DNA of 63,856 bases, counting the filler, from Choristocarpus tenellus KU-1152 (taxonomy: Eukaryota; Protista; Phaeophyceae): assembly GCA_964200185.2 (NCBI GenBank). It is 10 parts of 10 records of this genome, joined end to end, with 100 filler letters (N's around TTAATTAATTAA, not from the genome) between each part and the next. Parts side by side here need not be neighbours in the genome. Positions count along the whole stretch, not along the records: positions 48,857 to 54,058 come from CAXNAD020011522.1; positions 54,159 to 57,244 come from CAXNAD020022417.1; positions 57,345 to 60,137 come from CAXNAD020024702.1; positions 60,238 to 63,856 come from CAXNAD020018920.1; 6 more parts are not named here. One strand, 5' to 3'. The notes beneath the pieces are model-generated. The model saw only the letters and a program-made list of their open reading frames with translations. It did not search any database and was not told the origin of the DNA. Shown piece by piece: positions 51,896 to 63,856 of this stretch; position 1 is the first letter of the stretch; every line of letters begins with the position of its first letter. Made by a program: the position numbers and the translations under genes.

Positions 51896-53584
51896 CCTAT
51901 GAGACAAGGTTCACCGCGCTGAAACTTGTGAAACTCAGTGCGATGTTAGGTGATGAGAAAGTGCGAGTAGTGAGGCGCAGCTGCATGTTCAAATCGCGCA
52001 AGGGATCACGCGGTCGCGACACTGATGCTGAGAGAAGATGCGTTGAAAGCATTACCACACAAACGTGCTTGGGTCTTCACCCACGTCGGAGAACTGCTCT
52101 GTAGTCTCTGCCACCTTGGAAAACAGGAAGAGAGCGGCAAGTCCATCACCAGATGGTAGAGTGACGAAGCCTGTGGTGAAGCCTGGCCACGGCGGGCGAA
52201 GGAGACAGAGTGGTCGCCCGAAGGGAAGGTTGGGGAAGAGAGCAGTGTGACTGAATGCCATTGCGCTCAGGAAACGCCTAAGTGACAACTCGGGTGTAGA
52301 ATATCTTAGTCGACAGTTGCAGCAGGCCCTGGCAGTTTGGAAGCTGTGCGAGTCGGAGTGGCTTCAGGAAACGAGAAAGAAGGTGTTAAAGTTGAGCTGT
52401 AAGGACTATGAATCCCGAAAGAAGATCGAAAAGGCTCGCAAGGTGGAGGAGAAGGCGATCGTAACAAAGGCAGCTGTGGAGACTTTTCCATACCACCAAA
52501 TCCTTTACTTGCAAGAGGTCGCGAAGCAAGTGGAGGTAGCAGCCATCGATGAGGACACCAGGAAAGAAGAAGAGGTGAGATTGAGACTATTTGAGTGAAA
52601 ATAGCTTAGAGGGTACGAGTTTTGCCCTGTTTGTCCATTCGGGGCTTGGCTTCCCATGGTTTTCTAATGACATGTTCCTACTCCAAAATGTTTAGGAGTA
52701 GGTAAAATGTATACATAATGAAAAGGTGTGTCCGAAACATAGATGTCGACAGTTCCTATCAAATACAATACCCAAAAGTACATCAAAATCGCAACATTAG
52801 ATTTTGACCCCCAAATAGACGCGACTATGCCCTCTAAGATACTTTGGCTCTTTGCACACCAATGGTTTGGTATCTCCAACTTCTTGCAAGATGCCGTACA
52901 TTCACGTTTGTTCCTAGACTTGGGGTTGGATGTATAAAGTTGATTAACGATTTCTCCCAGCCTGCATTCATTCGAGATATCAACACAATTTCGATCTGAA
53001 GCCTGTCCTCCCTCGCCCTTGCGCTTTGATGATAATATATCATCCGTCCAAGAAACACGGACAATGCCCATTTCCGGCGCTCAACAAGGAAATGTGATAT
53101 TGTTAAGGCTCAAACATTGCGAATCCTGTACATGTGTATGAACGACGGGAAAGACCGTCAAAACAGCACTCAAGGAGGCAGCAGGATAGGCGATGGTCAG
53201 GTCAGAAACCTTGATTAAATGGGAAAGAGACTTCCTAACTATGGGCCACATCAAGGTGTCGGAGCAAGGGCAATATGACAGGCGTTTCGCTCTGGGCCTC
53301 AACGAGGATATCCTTGCCAAGGTCAAAAAGTGGGTGCACGCTTAAACCCTATTCATGAATCTAGTAATAGTGCATCAGTTGCCACTCTTGGTAACCTAGG
53401 GTTCGAACCCCAATATGAGTGCTATTTCTTCAAAAAAAAAAAAATGGTGAAAAAAAGACGAAGCCAGTACTCTGAAGGGTTTTGTGACGAGCACCACGAA
53501 TATGCTTTTATTTTTAAAAACCAGATGTCTACATCAAAAGTTAAGAAGGCACAACCCCAGAGGGCGAAGCTACTACTACCGCTA
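51896..53584 (+). mobile_element. Tc1/IS630-like TIR element, copy 3 (5'-truncated, longer internal ORF)
   Basis: Homologous to 12530-13741 and 55860-56952, plus an extra segment ~52420-53070. Degenerate right TIR GAAGCTACTACTACCGCTA. Confidence 0.7.
52593..52850. mobile_element. MITE subfamily B
   Basis: GAGTGAAAATAGCTTAGAGGG...CCCTCTAAGATACTTTGGCTC with TTT duplicated. Confidence 0.88.
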
Positions 53585-54158
53585 TTGCGACAATAATCTA
53601 GCTTTGTCCTTCCAAAACCTTCTACCCAACAAGGTAATGGAATGGACAACAACCACTTCAAATTGCAAAAAAGTGTTTCCACATAGATAACTCTAATATA
53701 ATCTAACAATGCAGATGATTCATGAGGTATTTTGCCAAATGAGCTGTAATCGCAGGTGCTGAAGGCAAGGACAGTCTTGTAGTCCGTCATTTTATTCGTA
53801 CCATGACCAGCAGGGTTATCAAGCTACACGGAATAACAGTAGCAAACATTTTCTCAAAGTAATTCTGAACACTAGAAAACATTTATTGATATCTCCAATA
53901 ATAGAAGGCCAACACATTTAGTCATCGAGAAGGTTGTAAAGATGGAAAAGAGTGTTTTTATCCTTGAACATAACGCTTAAGCTATGGACCTTAATGTTGA
54001 TGTTTGATATTCCCAAAATTATCATAACATAAAAACCTCAAATATGTTTTTTATTCAGNNNNNNNNNNNNNNNNNNNNNNNNNNNNNNNNNNNNNNNNNN
54101 NNTTAATTAATTAANNNNNNNNNNNNNNNNNNNNNNNNNNNNNNNNNNNNNNNNNNNN

Positions 54159-54185
54159 CCCCCCCCCTCCCAGATACTTTGGACC
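54159..54185. mobile_element. MITE right end at contig start
   Basis: Poly-C followed by CAGATACTTTGGACC. Confidence 0.65.
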
Positions 54186-55369
54186 TCATGTAGATATCCC
54201 CTTAAGGGTTAGAATGCCAGGGCTAATCAACCAACATGCCAAGTATAACACGTTGATCTATTCCTCCTACCCACGTATTACGCTTCCATCTGCGCAAACA
54301 ACTGAACCAAACGATTTTCTTTGTTTCGATCTACCTCTAACATTGAACCATCCTATCTTAAAGTTTTTTATTCTTCTGCTAAGTTCCGATCAATGTTTGG
54401 TGTAGGTTGCATCAATTGCAAAATAATTGCAGTGACTTGTGCTTTTAAAAAATTATATACCGGTAGCCCTAGAATTGAAATGAGTGGAAGCAAATATTGT
54501 TTGGAAAACTCAACCCAAGATACCATGTTGCTGCGCTTGTGATAGGGATGTGACGGTAGGTGGGAGGTTAAAGGAGAGTGATGAGAATAGTAGGATGTAT
54601 CGATGCTCTGGTTGCCGAGAGAAGTCGACTGCAGGGTTTAGAAAGGCCTCCATGCTGAGAATATATTGCGCCTGGTGCCAAGTGATAGGAGCAAGTATCT
54701 ACGCGTATACAATAGGCGTTGAAATCTTAAAAAACCTCGTCAGATATCTACATAGCTTATACTAAAAAGTCAGCAGGAACAACTCAGTCTACCACCATAG
54801 CTTGTGTATCTGTTAATTTCTCCCACGCCAATCATAGGTTGGACTTTGAATCTTAGGAGTGGATGGGGAAGGATCGAAGGTCAATAAAAAATGGCAAGGT
54901 CATTCCGTACAAGGCATCGGTTACTTGTTGCATATGAGCACGACATAAACCTTACGACTAACTTAATACTATGTACTCGGAGTGTGCATTAGTTCGCTCT
55001 TTGAGAACATGCATACATCACAAAACAATCGTAGATCGGGATATGTTCGAAGAGTGAACCTTGGGTGTGAGCTGAAGCCGATAACAGAGGGACTGAAAGC
55101 CGTTGTGTTCAGTCCGTACCCATTCTTGATCCGTAGAAGATGAACGTGTTCCCCATTTGGTGAAGTCATGTTTCAGTAGTAGATGCCATCCCTCGGTCAG
55201 ACACCCAAATCTAGCATCTAATTGTTTCTATTTATTGTGGACGTTTCGTTCATGAGATTGATGTAGAAAGGGTTGATATATTCCTGTTTTATGTTGTAAG
55301 AGTAAAACTAAGTGGAAGATAAAAAAAAATATAGTTTATTACTTATTAGTTGTAAGTATTTTCATACTG

Positions 55370-56952
55370 AAGTGGTACGAGCAGCTTCGCGATCTGTGGT
55401 AATCTTGAATATTTTCACGTGCAGCCGCAATAGATATACAACAATGTGTATATCAAATGAAAGGGTATAACAAGAGCTTTTGAAGGTTTGTATCCATGAA
55501 TGCTCAGACTTCGTGGAACGGGAGCTATGTCCAGATCAAATAATGGCAAAAAAACGCGGGGGAATATCTCCGGCGCAATTTTGAAGGTCACGACTTCAAA
55601 ACGGAAAAAAAATGAAGTGGTTTACTGAACTCCATGCAGAAACCTGGTCCGGAGTAGGTCCTTGCCCAAGTTTGGCTGGTGAAGCTGTACCGAATTTTTT
55701 TTCAAGATTTCCGGACATCTTTTAACGCCTTTTGCGGACTTTATGTGAACACACACACAGGTGACCCACACAGCAATATGAACCACGACGGTGAGAAAAG
55801 GAGAGCCGTCAAGGGCACTCTGCCCCCTGGATCTACCCTCGGCACCTTCTCTGTCGACAGCTGACCAAAAGACAAGTACCTTGTGACATTCGGTGCGATG
55901 TTAGGCGACGAGAAAGTGCGTGCATTGTGGCGTAGCAGCATGATCACATCGCGAAATGGACCATGCGGTCGTGACACTGAAGATGAGAGAAGATACATGG
56001 AAAGCATTACCACACAAACGTGGTTTGATTTTCAACCATGCCGGAGCACTGCTCTACAGTCTCTGCCGCCTTGGGAAAGCAGGTAGAGAGCAGCGAGTCC
56101 ATCACCAGGTGTGGTACAGTGCCGAAGTCTGTGGGGAAGCCTGGTCACGCGGGCGAAGGGAGAACCAGAGTGACCGGCTGAAGGAAAGGTTGGGGAGGAG
56201 AGCAGTGCGACTGCGTGCCATTGCGCCCAGGAAACACCTAAGCGAAAACCCGGGTGTAGAATGTCTTAGTAGTCGACAGTTGCCGTACGTCCTACCTGTT
56301 TGGAAGCTATGTAAGCCAGAGTGGCTTAGGAAACGAGAAAGAAGGTGCTAGGGTTGGGGTACAAGGGTTCTGAAGCCCGAAAGAGGTAATCCATTTCCGG
56401 CGCTCAACGAGGAAATGTGATAGTAAAGGCTCTAACACTGCGAATCCTGTACCTCTGTATGAATGGCGGTAAAACCGCCAAATGGCGCTCGAGATGGCAG
56501 CAAGATATATACAAGATATGGTCAGGTCGGAAACTGTGAGTAAATGGGAGAGAGACTTCCTAACTAAGGGCCACATCAAGATCTCGGAGCAAGGGCGAGA
56601 TGAGAGGCGTTTCGTTCTGGGCCTCGACAAGGACATCCTTGCCGAGGTCAAAGAGTGGGTTCGGGAACACACATAAAGAAACCCTGGTGGGGAGGCTCCC
56701 CACCCCCTAAACCCTACACTTTTATCAAGTAATAGTATATCTGTTGCCACTCTTGGTGACCTGTAATCCGTGGTTCAAACCCCAATATGATCGATCTTTC
56801 TTCAAAACAAAACTGGGTAAAAAAGACGAAGCCCGTACTCTGGAGGGCATTATAATGGGCATCACGAATAGGCTTTTATTTTATTAAATCCGATGTCTAC
56901 ATCGGAAGTTATGACGGGACAACCCCAGACGCATAAGCTATTGGTACCACTA
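55370..56952 (+). mobile_element. Tc1/IS630-like TIR element, copy 2
   Basis: AGTGGTACGAGCAGCTTCGCG...GCATAAGCTATTGGTACCACTA|TA. Colinear with 12034-13741 but without the MITE. Confidence 0.8.
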
Positions 56953-57733
56953 TATCAATACTAATTAATAACACCAACTATTGTATTTACAACAAAAGTA
57001 GTAGTACTCCTGAAATATTGTTGGTATTTGATTTTTCCCTCATACATTTGGAGAATGTGAGAGGGGGTAATAATATAATTATAAGTGGCACAACAGGCCT
57101 AAGGAAGTTAAAGGAGTTGAAGAAGATTAAAAAAAAAAATGTTCAAACAATAAAATATCCTCAGGGAAAATGTGGATACATGACATACATGTGTTCGATT
57201 AGACTCTTCCAACTCTATCGGACAGTTACGGTAAAATATGTATGNNNNNNNNNNNNNNNNNNNNNNNNNNNNNNNNNNNNNNNNNNNNTTAATTAATTAA
57301 NNNNNNNNNNNNNNNNNNNNNNNNNNNNNNNNNNNNNNNNNNNNCTGCTCCGATTTGAAAAAACAAGGCAAAAAAAAAGTAATGAGATGGGGCGCAGGGG
57401 ATGGGTAGGCAGTGGGGTGGGGCAGGGGTCGGGGGGGTTCAATGCTTAGTCGTGTGTGCTACCTCACACCAACTTGGCTCTCCATTTCCACCCAAACAAA
57501 AACATCAACGCAGTGTACAGTGCGGAGTAAACGGAGAGGAAAAATAAATAAAAAACCAAGAAAAAAATAGAATAAAATACACTCAAACAAACTCCCTACC
57601 TGCGACCACCTATAACACCAGATCATGTACCAACTGCCAAAGTTGGGAAACTGAGTATCTGTACAGCATGCGACAACCTCACACCCTCATCATAACCATC
57701 CCAACGTTGATCATTCAACCTTTGAAGACTCAC

Positions 57734-59532
57734 CCTTCTCGTAGGTGCATTGGCAGTGACCTTCATCAGCAGCGAGTCATAGTGAGGGGTGATCTGGGCA
57801 CCCTGGAAGCCTGGGCCGTCGTCGATGCGGATGCCCATGCCTCCTGGGGTACGGAAAACCTCAATCGTTCCTGTGTCAGGCGTGAAGTCCTACACGGGGG
57901 GAAGTAGCAAATTCAGACAAAAAAAACAAAAAACGGCAATTACATGTTTAGTAATGAAGAAGAAAAAGGTAGACAGTTGGGTTAAAAAAAAACTCACAAC
58001 AACAACAACAAACAAAAAAAAGTAAGGCAGGGGAGTTAGTTGATCAATTGGCTACATCACAAAGTACAAACCTTGGAAGTATTACATAATGTTGATTGTC
58101 AATCGATTGATTGACTTACCCAGCCATTACCTGGACGGGCAATGTGAAACAATGCCCCAATCGTTTGGCAGAAAGATACAACATAATCCAACCCGTGATA
58201 TACACTTGCCATGGCAGGGTTCTCCGTGGTGACACGGCATTGCATGGCTACTCCTGCAGTGGAGATTTTATCCTGTACGAGGCCAAGCTCCTTCAGTGTG
58301 GCACCTCCAGCAATCCGGATCTGTGACTGAACAAGATCAACTTGAGTCACCTGTATCAATGGGATAAAAGAGATTTGAGATTGTTTCACACGACCAAAAT
58401 GACCACTGAAGCACTCTAATTTTCAAAAAAGCATCCCCAGCGATGTTTTTCAAGCATCACATCATTATAGACATTCGTATGTTTGAACCTGGTTCAACAA
58501 CCTACAATCTTTTGCTTTCGAGGGGCTGCTGCATATATTCCCCAATGTAACTGGCTACTTCAGCAAAGTAGTAAAGAGAGACCTTTTTTCAATCAAGAGC
58601 ACATCTTCATTTCCCAATACAGCTACACCTCCTGCCAACCCAACCCACAGAAACTATCCTTGGTCATAATACCAACACAGAGACAAAAAACCTTAGGGAA
58701 TCCTATGAATGCATGCCCACTGCAGTACCAATATAGCAATCCATTAAAAAAAAAGGTACCCATTCTTTTGCATGCTGTATGTACAATAAATACAATAAAT
58801 ATTTCATTACGACTGTACACACTACCTCACCTGTTCTGTAACTGTGTGTTCCACCTGAATACGAGGGTTCACTTCAATGAAGTAGTGCCTGTCAAGAACA
58901 AAAAAAAAAACACACACACACACAACACAAGTGCACACAACATCGCAGAAATATCAACCGTCTTCACACAGGAGATTTTACACATCCTGGGGAGGCATTT
59001 GCTGGTGATTCAAATTGGTCCGCAGGATAAACTTGGTGTTAAAGGGGGAGTCACACAACGTATTGATCCTAACAAAAATTGTATCTCTTGAAACAGTCCT
59101 TGTTCTTATGACATCAGAATACTGTACTTGTTCACCTGATAAATAAAATGAAAAGTAAGATAAATAAAATGAAACTGCCAACGAGGACGTGCAAAATTGG
59201 CATAGGAATGGTGGCAATAACAGAGGGAGAGGAGGGCAATAGCTGCAAGCTATCTTCACAGCCCCTTCTTTGAATATCAACCAGGTGTTAAATTGTCATC
59301 TACACACACTACAAATCAATGCGTAGCGCAAAACAGTTTCATCATTGAGCACCCAAGCTTCATCTACAAAAGCCAACACAGAACCGTAAAACATTACAAA
59401 TGGGGCCTAGAGGCAAACAACCATCAGGGTCCTTTCTTCTCACCTTCCTTCCTGATCCACCAGGAACTCGACTGTTCCGGCATTGAGGTACTTGGCCGCC
59501 CCGCAAAGGCGTACAGCATCATCAAACATCGC
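57734..59532 (-). CDS. PC: Pyruvate carboxylase, biotin carboxylase domain (4 internal exons, partial)
   Basis: Exons 59532-59444 ([30 protein letters not shown]), 58888-58831 ([19 protein letters not shown]), 58350-58210 ([47 protein letters not shown]), 57889-57734 ([52 protein letters not shown]). Phases consistent. [19 protein letters not shown] and TPHYDSLL fit pyruvate carboxylase. Confidence 0.93.
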
Positions 59533-60538
59533 CTGCATATCATACAAAACATATGTAAATCATAAACTTCAACTTGAACCAAGTGTAAAATAGATTGGGA
59601 GGGTGTTGGAAGGAGGTGGGGGGTAAAGGTCGAGAACAGTTTCTAATCAAAGTTTTTATGTCACTGTGAAGTGGATATATATATATATATATGGAGTCTG
59701 ATAGTGAGAAAGAAGTGGGAGCATCAAAGATGGGGGAAAGGATGTAAACAAAAACACACGGTTCTAAAAAGATAAAACAAAAAAGGATAAGAAATATATA
59801 TATATAGAGAGAGAGAGAGGATACTGTACTGTGCATGCCAGCTACAGAGCTAAGAAAATCGCATTCAAATACTAAAAAAACAAGAGATTATTGCAGTCAA
59901 TATCAAGGCTCAGACACATCCCATCTTGCTAAACATGATCATGACATACAGGTAAATCACACTAACTCATCTCATTACATAGCCATCGGCACGGAAAAAA
60001 TAATGCATTACCATAGATTCCAATTGTCATCAGTCATCAGTCAGCAGTAAAACTTTGGAAAAGAAAATTTACATACCTCTCTCACTCTCTCTCCCTTCTC
60101 GCCCAAATACACATCTACCCTCTCCACACCAACCCCTNNNNNNNNNNNNNNNNNNNNNNNNNNNNNNNNNNNNNNNNNNNNTTAATTAATTAANNNNNNN
60201 NNNNNNNNNNNNNNNNNNNNNNNNNNNNNNNNNNNNNTGGTGAAGTTTGATGGCTCTGCTGTTGGTGGGTTAGTCCTTGGTGAGGGGGGTGGAGTGTACT
60301 TCGTGAACAGCACACCTTAGGAGATGTGCAGGCATAGGGGAGGGCAAGGGTTTGTGTGTTGATAGCCTAAGCTGCTATTGCTGTCATGGGAGACACGAGC
60401 AAATTTGCCTCGTTTGATTACACCATTGCCATGAAAGTGAAGAGCAAGCACACACTTTGTCTTCCACCCATCAGGCGTGATTCGTGAGGGAAGCAGGGGA
60501 CAGGCAATGGGTGCAGTGAAATTAAATAGTCTCCTCAC

Positions 60539-61813
60539 CTCAGTGTGAGGTCCCATCTCGAAGTCGCGTTTCTTGGATGCATCCTTCACACATATCTTTG
60601 TGATCTCAGCGTTGCAACCTAGGCTCTCGAAGAAGGACTTCTTGTCCTGCACACCAGGGGAATAGCATTGGGATAAGGACTGGAGGTGAGCGAGTCTTCA
60701 GGAGGAGATACTCAGGTAGGACTTGCCCGGACCTGATAAATGGCAGAGCTGTATATAGCAGACGAGGTGAAGTGGGCAGGTGCCACTCCTACGGCAAATA
60801 TTCTGTCACATACCGGCTTTAGTAGGCTTTGATCTTTGTCAGTGATTATACTGAAGTTTGTCAACCAGGCTTGCGGTGGCATTGCATGCCGTACGACGAG
60901 AGGGAAGCGAGGGGTAGAAGCTGGGGATTCTACACAAGTACTTGTGGTTACCTGCTCGCAAATTTCGTACACCCCACCGCCCACTGTCCCTCCGCCGAAC
61001 ATGCCGATGCGTAGCGGAGCTCCAGGGGGGGAAGGAGGAGCAGTCGCAGGAGTAGTAGATATCTGGGTCTCTGAGGTGACCATCTGCAAAATATTTCGCA
61101 GCCGTCTGTGGGAAATCGTGAAAAAGGGTGAGAGGAAGAATCTAGAGAAACAGTGAAGCAGAATGGACAGGCATAATAAATGCACTGAGAGTAAAGGAGC
61201 GAGACAGAAGTAGTAGACCTCGCTTCGCTTCCTGCCTCCAATGTACACTCTGAAACAAGATCACGAGAAAAAAGAAGGACCAGTGACAATTGCCAACTGA
61301 GCCAACCTACAGACATGTGAGCCTCACCACACAACTTGGGCTATCACGAGGCCTGACCTTCCCTTCCAGACCTCAATTCATAAAGTAAAAACTTAGCCGA
61401 ACTTTCCATACGCCAATGTCTTCCTCCCTTTCGTGACCTATGGACTTGGCCAGGATCTCACCAGGGGTACAATCGCTGGTCAGGGTTGGGCATGGAAATG
61501 GTAATGCCACATATCAACATATCAAAGAATTTCCAACCCACCACCTCGACATTCAGAGCGCTAGTGTAAAAAATCACATCGCGAGCGGGATATACCTGCT
61601 TCCAGAGGATGCTACGCCAACAGGCAAGCGAGAGTTGATCGTAGGACTGAAAGGTCCAAGGGATCCCTGTAGAGGAGCACGCACAGACGAGGCGTGGATG
61701 CCCAGAGCTCGGAAAAACGCTGATGCTGGGGAGCAAAGGCATCCCAAGACCAGGGTCTTCCCCAGGGTGAGCGGAAGGCCACGATCATGGTGACGGGAGT
61801 GAGTTGGCGCCAT
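60539..61813 (-). CDS. hom: Homoserine dehydrogenase, 5' part, with bipartite plastid presequence
   Basis: Exon 61813-61596 (MAPTHSRHHDRGLPLTLGKTLVLGCLCSPASAFFRALG...SSGSR), exon 61105-60952 (RLRNILQMVT...PLRIGMFGGGTVGGGVYEICEQ), exon 60646-60539 (DKKSFFESLGCNAEITKICVKDASKKRDFEMGPHTE). Phases match. G.GTVG.GV and ITKICVKD..K.R fit the HSD NAD-binding domain. Remainder lies beyond the contig. Confidence 0.85.
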
Positions 61814-62096
61814 CTTCAACAGTCTCTTTAAGAATGGTATATTGATCTATGGGGTAAACGGTGGAAAACAAAACATGTGCACTTTCTTGGTGCACCTCCG
61901 GGGGAGAATATGAGATTTATATCACTTCCCACAAGATCGAGTCCATTTACCTCAATCCTTAGAAGTGAGTGGTTACATTGGTGGCTATGCGCATGAAGAT
62001 CGTGAGATCGATCCCCTTCGACGCCATTTCTCAGGCTACAGCAATTTGTTTAAAAATTATTCTACTCGGTGTGTCGTGTGGAGAGAGAGCAATTAC

Positions 62097-62358
62097 GAGT
62101 CAAAATATCTTAGAGGGCAGAGCCGTGTCCGTTTGGGAACCAAAACCCTATGTTGTGATTTCGATGAAACCTTGACTATGTGTGCTTGTTAGGAAGAGTC
62201 AATACCCTTGTTCCGGACACCCATCTTCATAACGTACGCATTTTACCTACTCCAGAATATTTCGGAGCAGTTAAAATGTCATAATAAACCCATTGGAAGC
62301 AAAAATCCCAAGCAGACAAACAGGACAAAACTCGTGCCCGCTTAAGATACTCTCGTTC
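62097..62358. mobile_element. MITE subfamily B
   Basis: GAGTCAAAATATCTTAGAGGG...GCTTAAGATACTCTCGTTC with TTAC on both flanks. Confidence 0.85.
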
Positions 62359-63484
62359 TTACTTGTGGCACCAGTTGCGGTGATTTTTCTTGAGACTAAG
62401 AAAGGTTGGAAGAGTATATCGGACACAGCAGCAATCACTCTTATCATCTCAACTTCAGGTCGATATATATCAGCAAAACCGACGAAAGAGAAGGGATGCG
62501 AAATTAGGGTTAGGGTTTTGGGGGGTAAGAGAAAGAAGCCGAGAAGGATACGGAATTGCACCACTGAGAAACCTGTTGAGGAAATACCACCACGGATTCT
62601 CATTTCACAGTACAGCACGAGCAAGTTCCCTAACCCTAAGTTATTTCCCTTGATACAATAAAACTGGCTCTCTACATACACCCGGATTAATCCCGAATGA
62701 ATTGAACCTCGAGGAAAAAGACAGAGACTTCAATTTGACGTACCCATCCGTAAACATCACTTCGCCCACGTTTCTTCTTTGATTCTGGGACGGCTCTGGT
62801 TCTGTCTGTATTTTTATTTATTTATTTTTAAATCCCGGCGTCGAAGTCGGCGAGCGACTACACTACACTACACTGAGGGAGGGGAGGGGGGGGGGAGCTG
62901 TCATGCAATTATTGATCCACAATTGAAAAAGTACTTCTATATGGTATATGTACAACCTGTTCTACATAATGAGGAATTTATCGAGTTATTTACATACACA
63001 AGTCTTGAGATCACCAATTTCATTAACATCTGGTCAGAACCAACATGTGTTCTCAGGTCTCGAGAGTACAACACACATGGTACATATTATGTACACATTA
63101 TGTACCATATAATGTACATACTATGTACCATTGATTCTTTAACAATAAATTTCTTGTTTATAGTGTTCAAAAACCGCAAGGCAACTATTTTCCTACATAT
63201 CGTGTCAGACAATTTTTTATTCAAATAAAATACTAAAAAATTTAATTGTATCAAACTTTTTTTTAATGAATATTGCCATTTATTTATTTATTAACCTGTT
63301 TTTGAAGTGTTTGAGGCACCGGGATATATTACAAAAGACATTAGTACATATTATGTACATAATATGTATCATAGCGAAGGGCCAGTGATGGTTGCTTTCC
63401 ACTGAAAACCACTTTCCACCCTCCCACTGAAAACTGACTGGTTTGTTCCTTGTGCTCCTTGCAGTGAAATATACCATGATCACC

Positions 63485-63763
63485 ATGCTTTGCATAGATT
63501 CATTGGATGTAGATCATGCTTTGCATAGATTCATTGGATGTAGATCATGCTTTGCATAGATTCATTGGATGTAGATCATGCTTTGCATAGATCCATTGGA
63601 TGTAGATAATGCTTTGCATAGATCCATTGGATGTAGATAATGCTTTGCATAGATTCATTGGATGTAGATCACGCTTTGCATAGATCCATTGGACGTAAAT
63701 AATGCTTTGCATAGATTCATTGGATGTAGATCATGCTTTGCATAGATCCATTGGATGTAGATT
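63485..63763. repeat. 31-bp minisatellite, 9 units
   Basis: ATGCTTTGCATAGAT(T/C)CATTGGATGTAGAT(C/A) repeated head-to-tail with no spacers. Confidence 0.95.
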
Positions 63764-63856
63764 ATGGGGAAAGAACAGAAAGAAAAAGCTTTAACCCCCC
63801 CCCCCCCCCCCCCCCACCCCACACAAAAAAAACACCAAAAAAAAAAAAAAAAAAAA

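Noticed and set aside
57734-61813. Pyruvate carboxylase plus homoserine dehydrogenase as an aspartate-pathway gene cluster
   Set aside because: A synthetic linker at 60138-60237 separates them, so physical linkage cannot be shown.
63485-63763. 31-bp repeat as a CRISPR array
   Set aside because: Units are head-to-tail with no unique spacers, there are no cas genes, and the context is eukaryotic.

Overview
Eukaryotic, intron-rich, transposon-littered DNA. Ten contigs are joined by nine identical 100-nt synthetic linkers (Ns + TTAATTAATTAA + Ns), so adjacency across linkers is unreliable. Five spliced host genes could be rebuilt by hand: the 3' half of an Aurora kinase (+), the last two exons of a strictosidine-synthase-like/APMAP protein (-), histone chaperone ASF1 (+), part of pyruvate carboxylase (-) and the 5' part of a homoserine dehydrogenase (-). 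The last has a signal peptide plus ASAF plastid presequence, which points to a photosynthetic stramenopile, probably a brown alga or relative (inference). Most other ORFs in the track are spurious. The rest is mainly decayed mobile DNA: a Copia element and related LTRs, Gypsy remnants, an RTE-like LINE endonuclease, a DD39D mariner, three copies of a Tc1/IS630-like TIR family, a PIF/Harbinger transposase remnant, and about 14 copies or ends of MITEs sharing one 14-bp TIR. I found no intact novel multi-gene system. The best leads are the shared-TIR MITE group with mixed 3/4-bp target duplications, the Tc1-like family with a long N-terminal ORF, a three-level transposon nest, two GC-AG introns and the plastid-targeted homoserine dehydrogenase. 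All family assignments come from motif recognition, not database searches.
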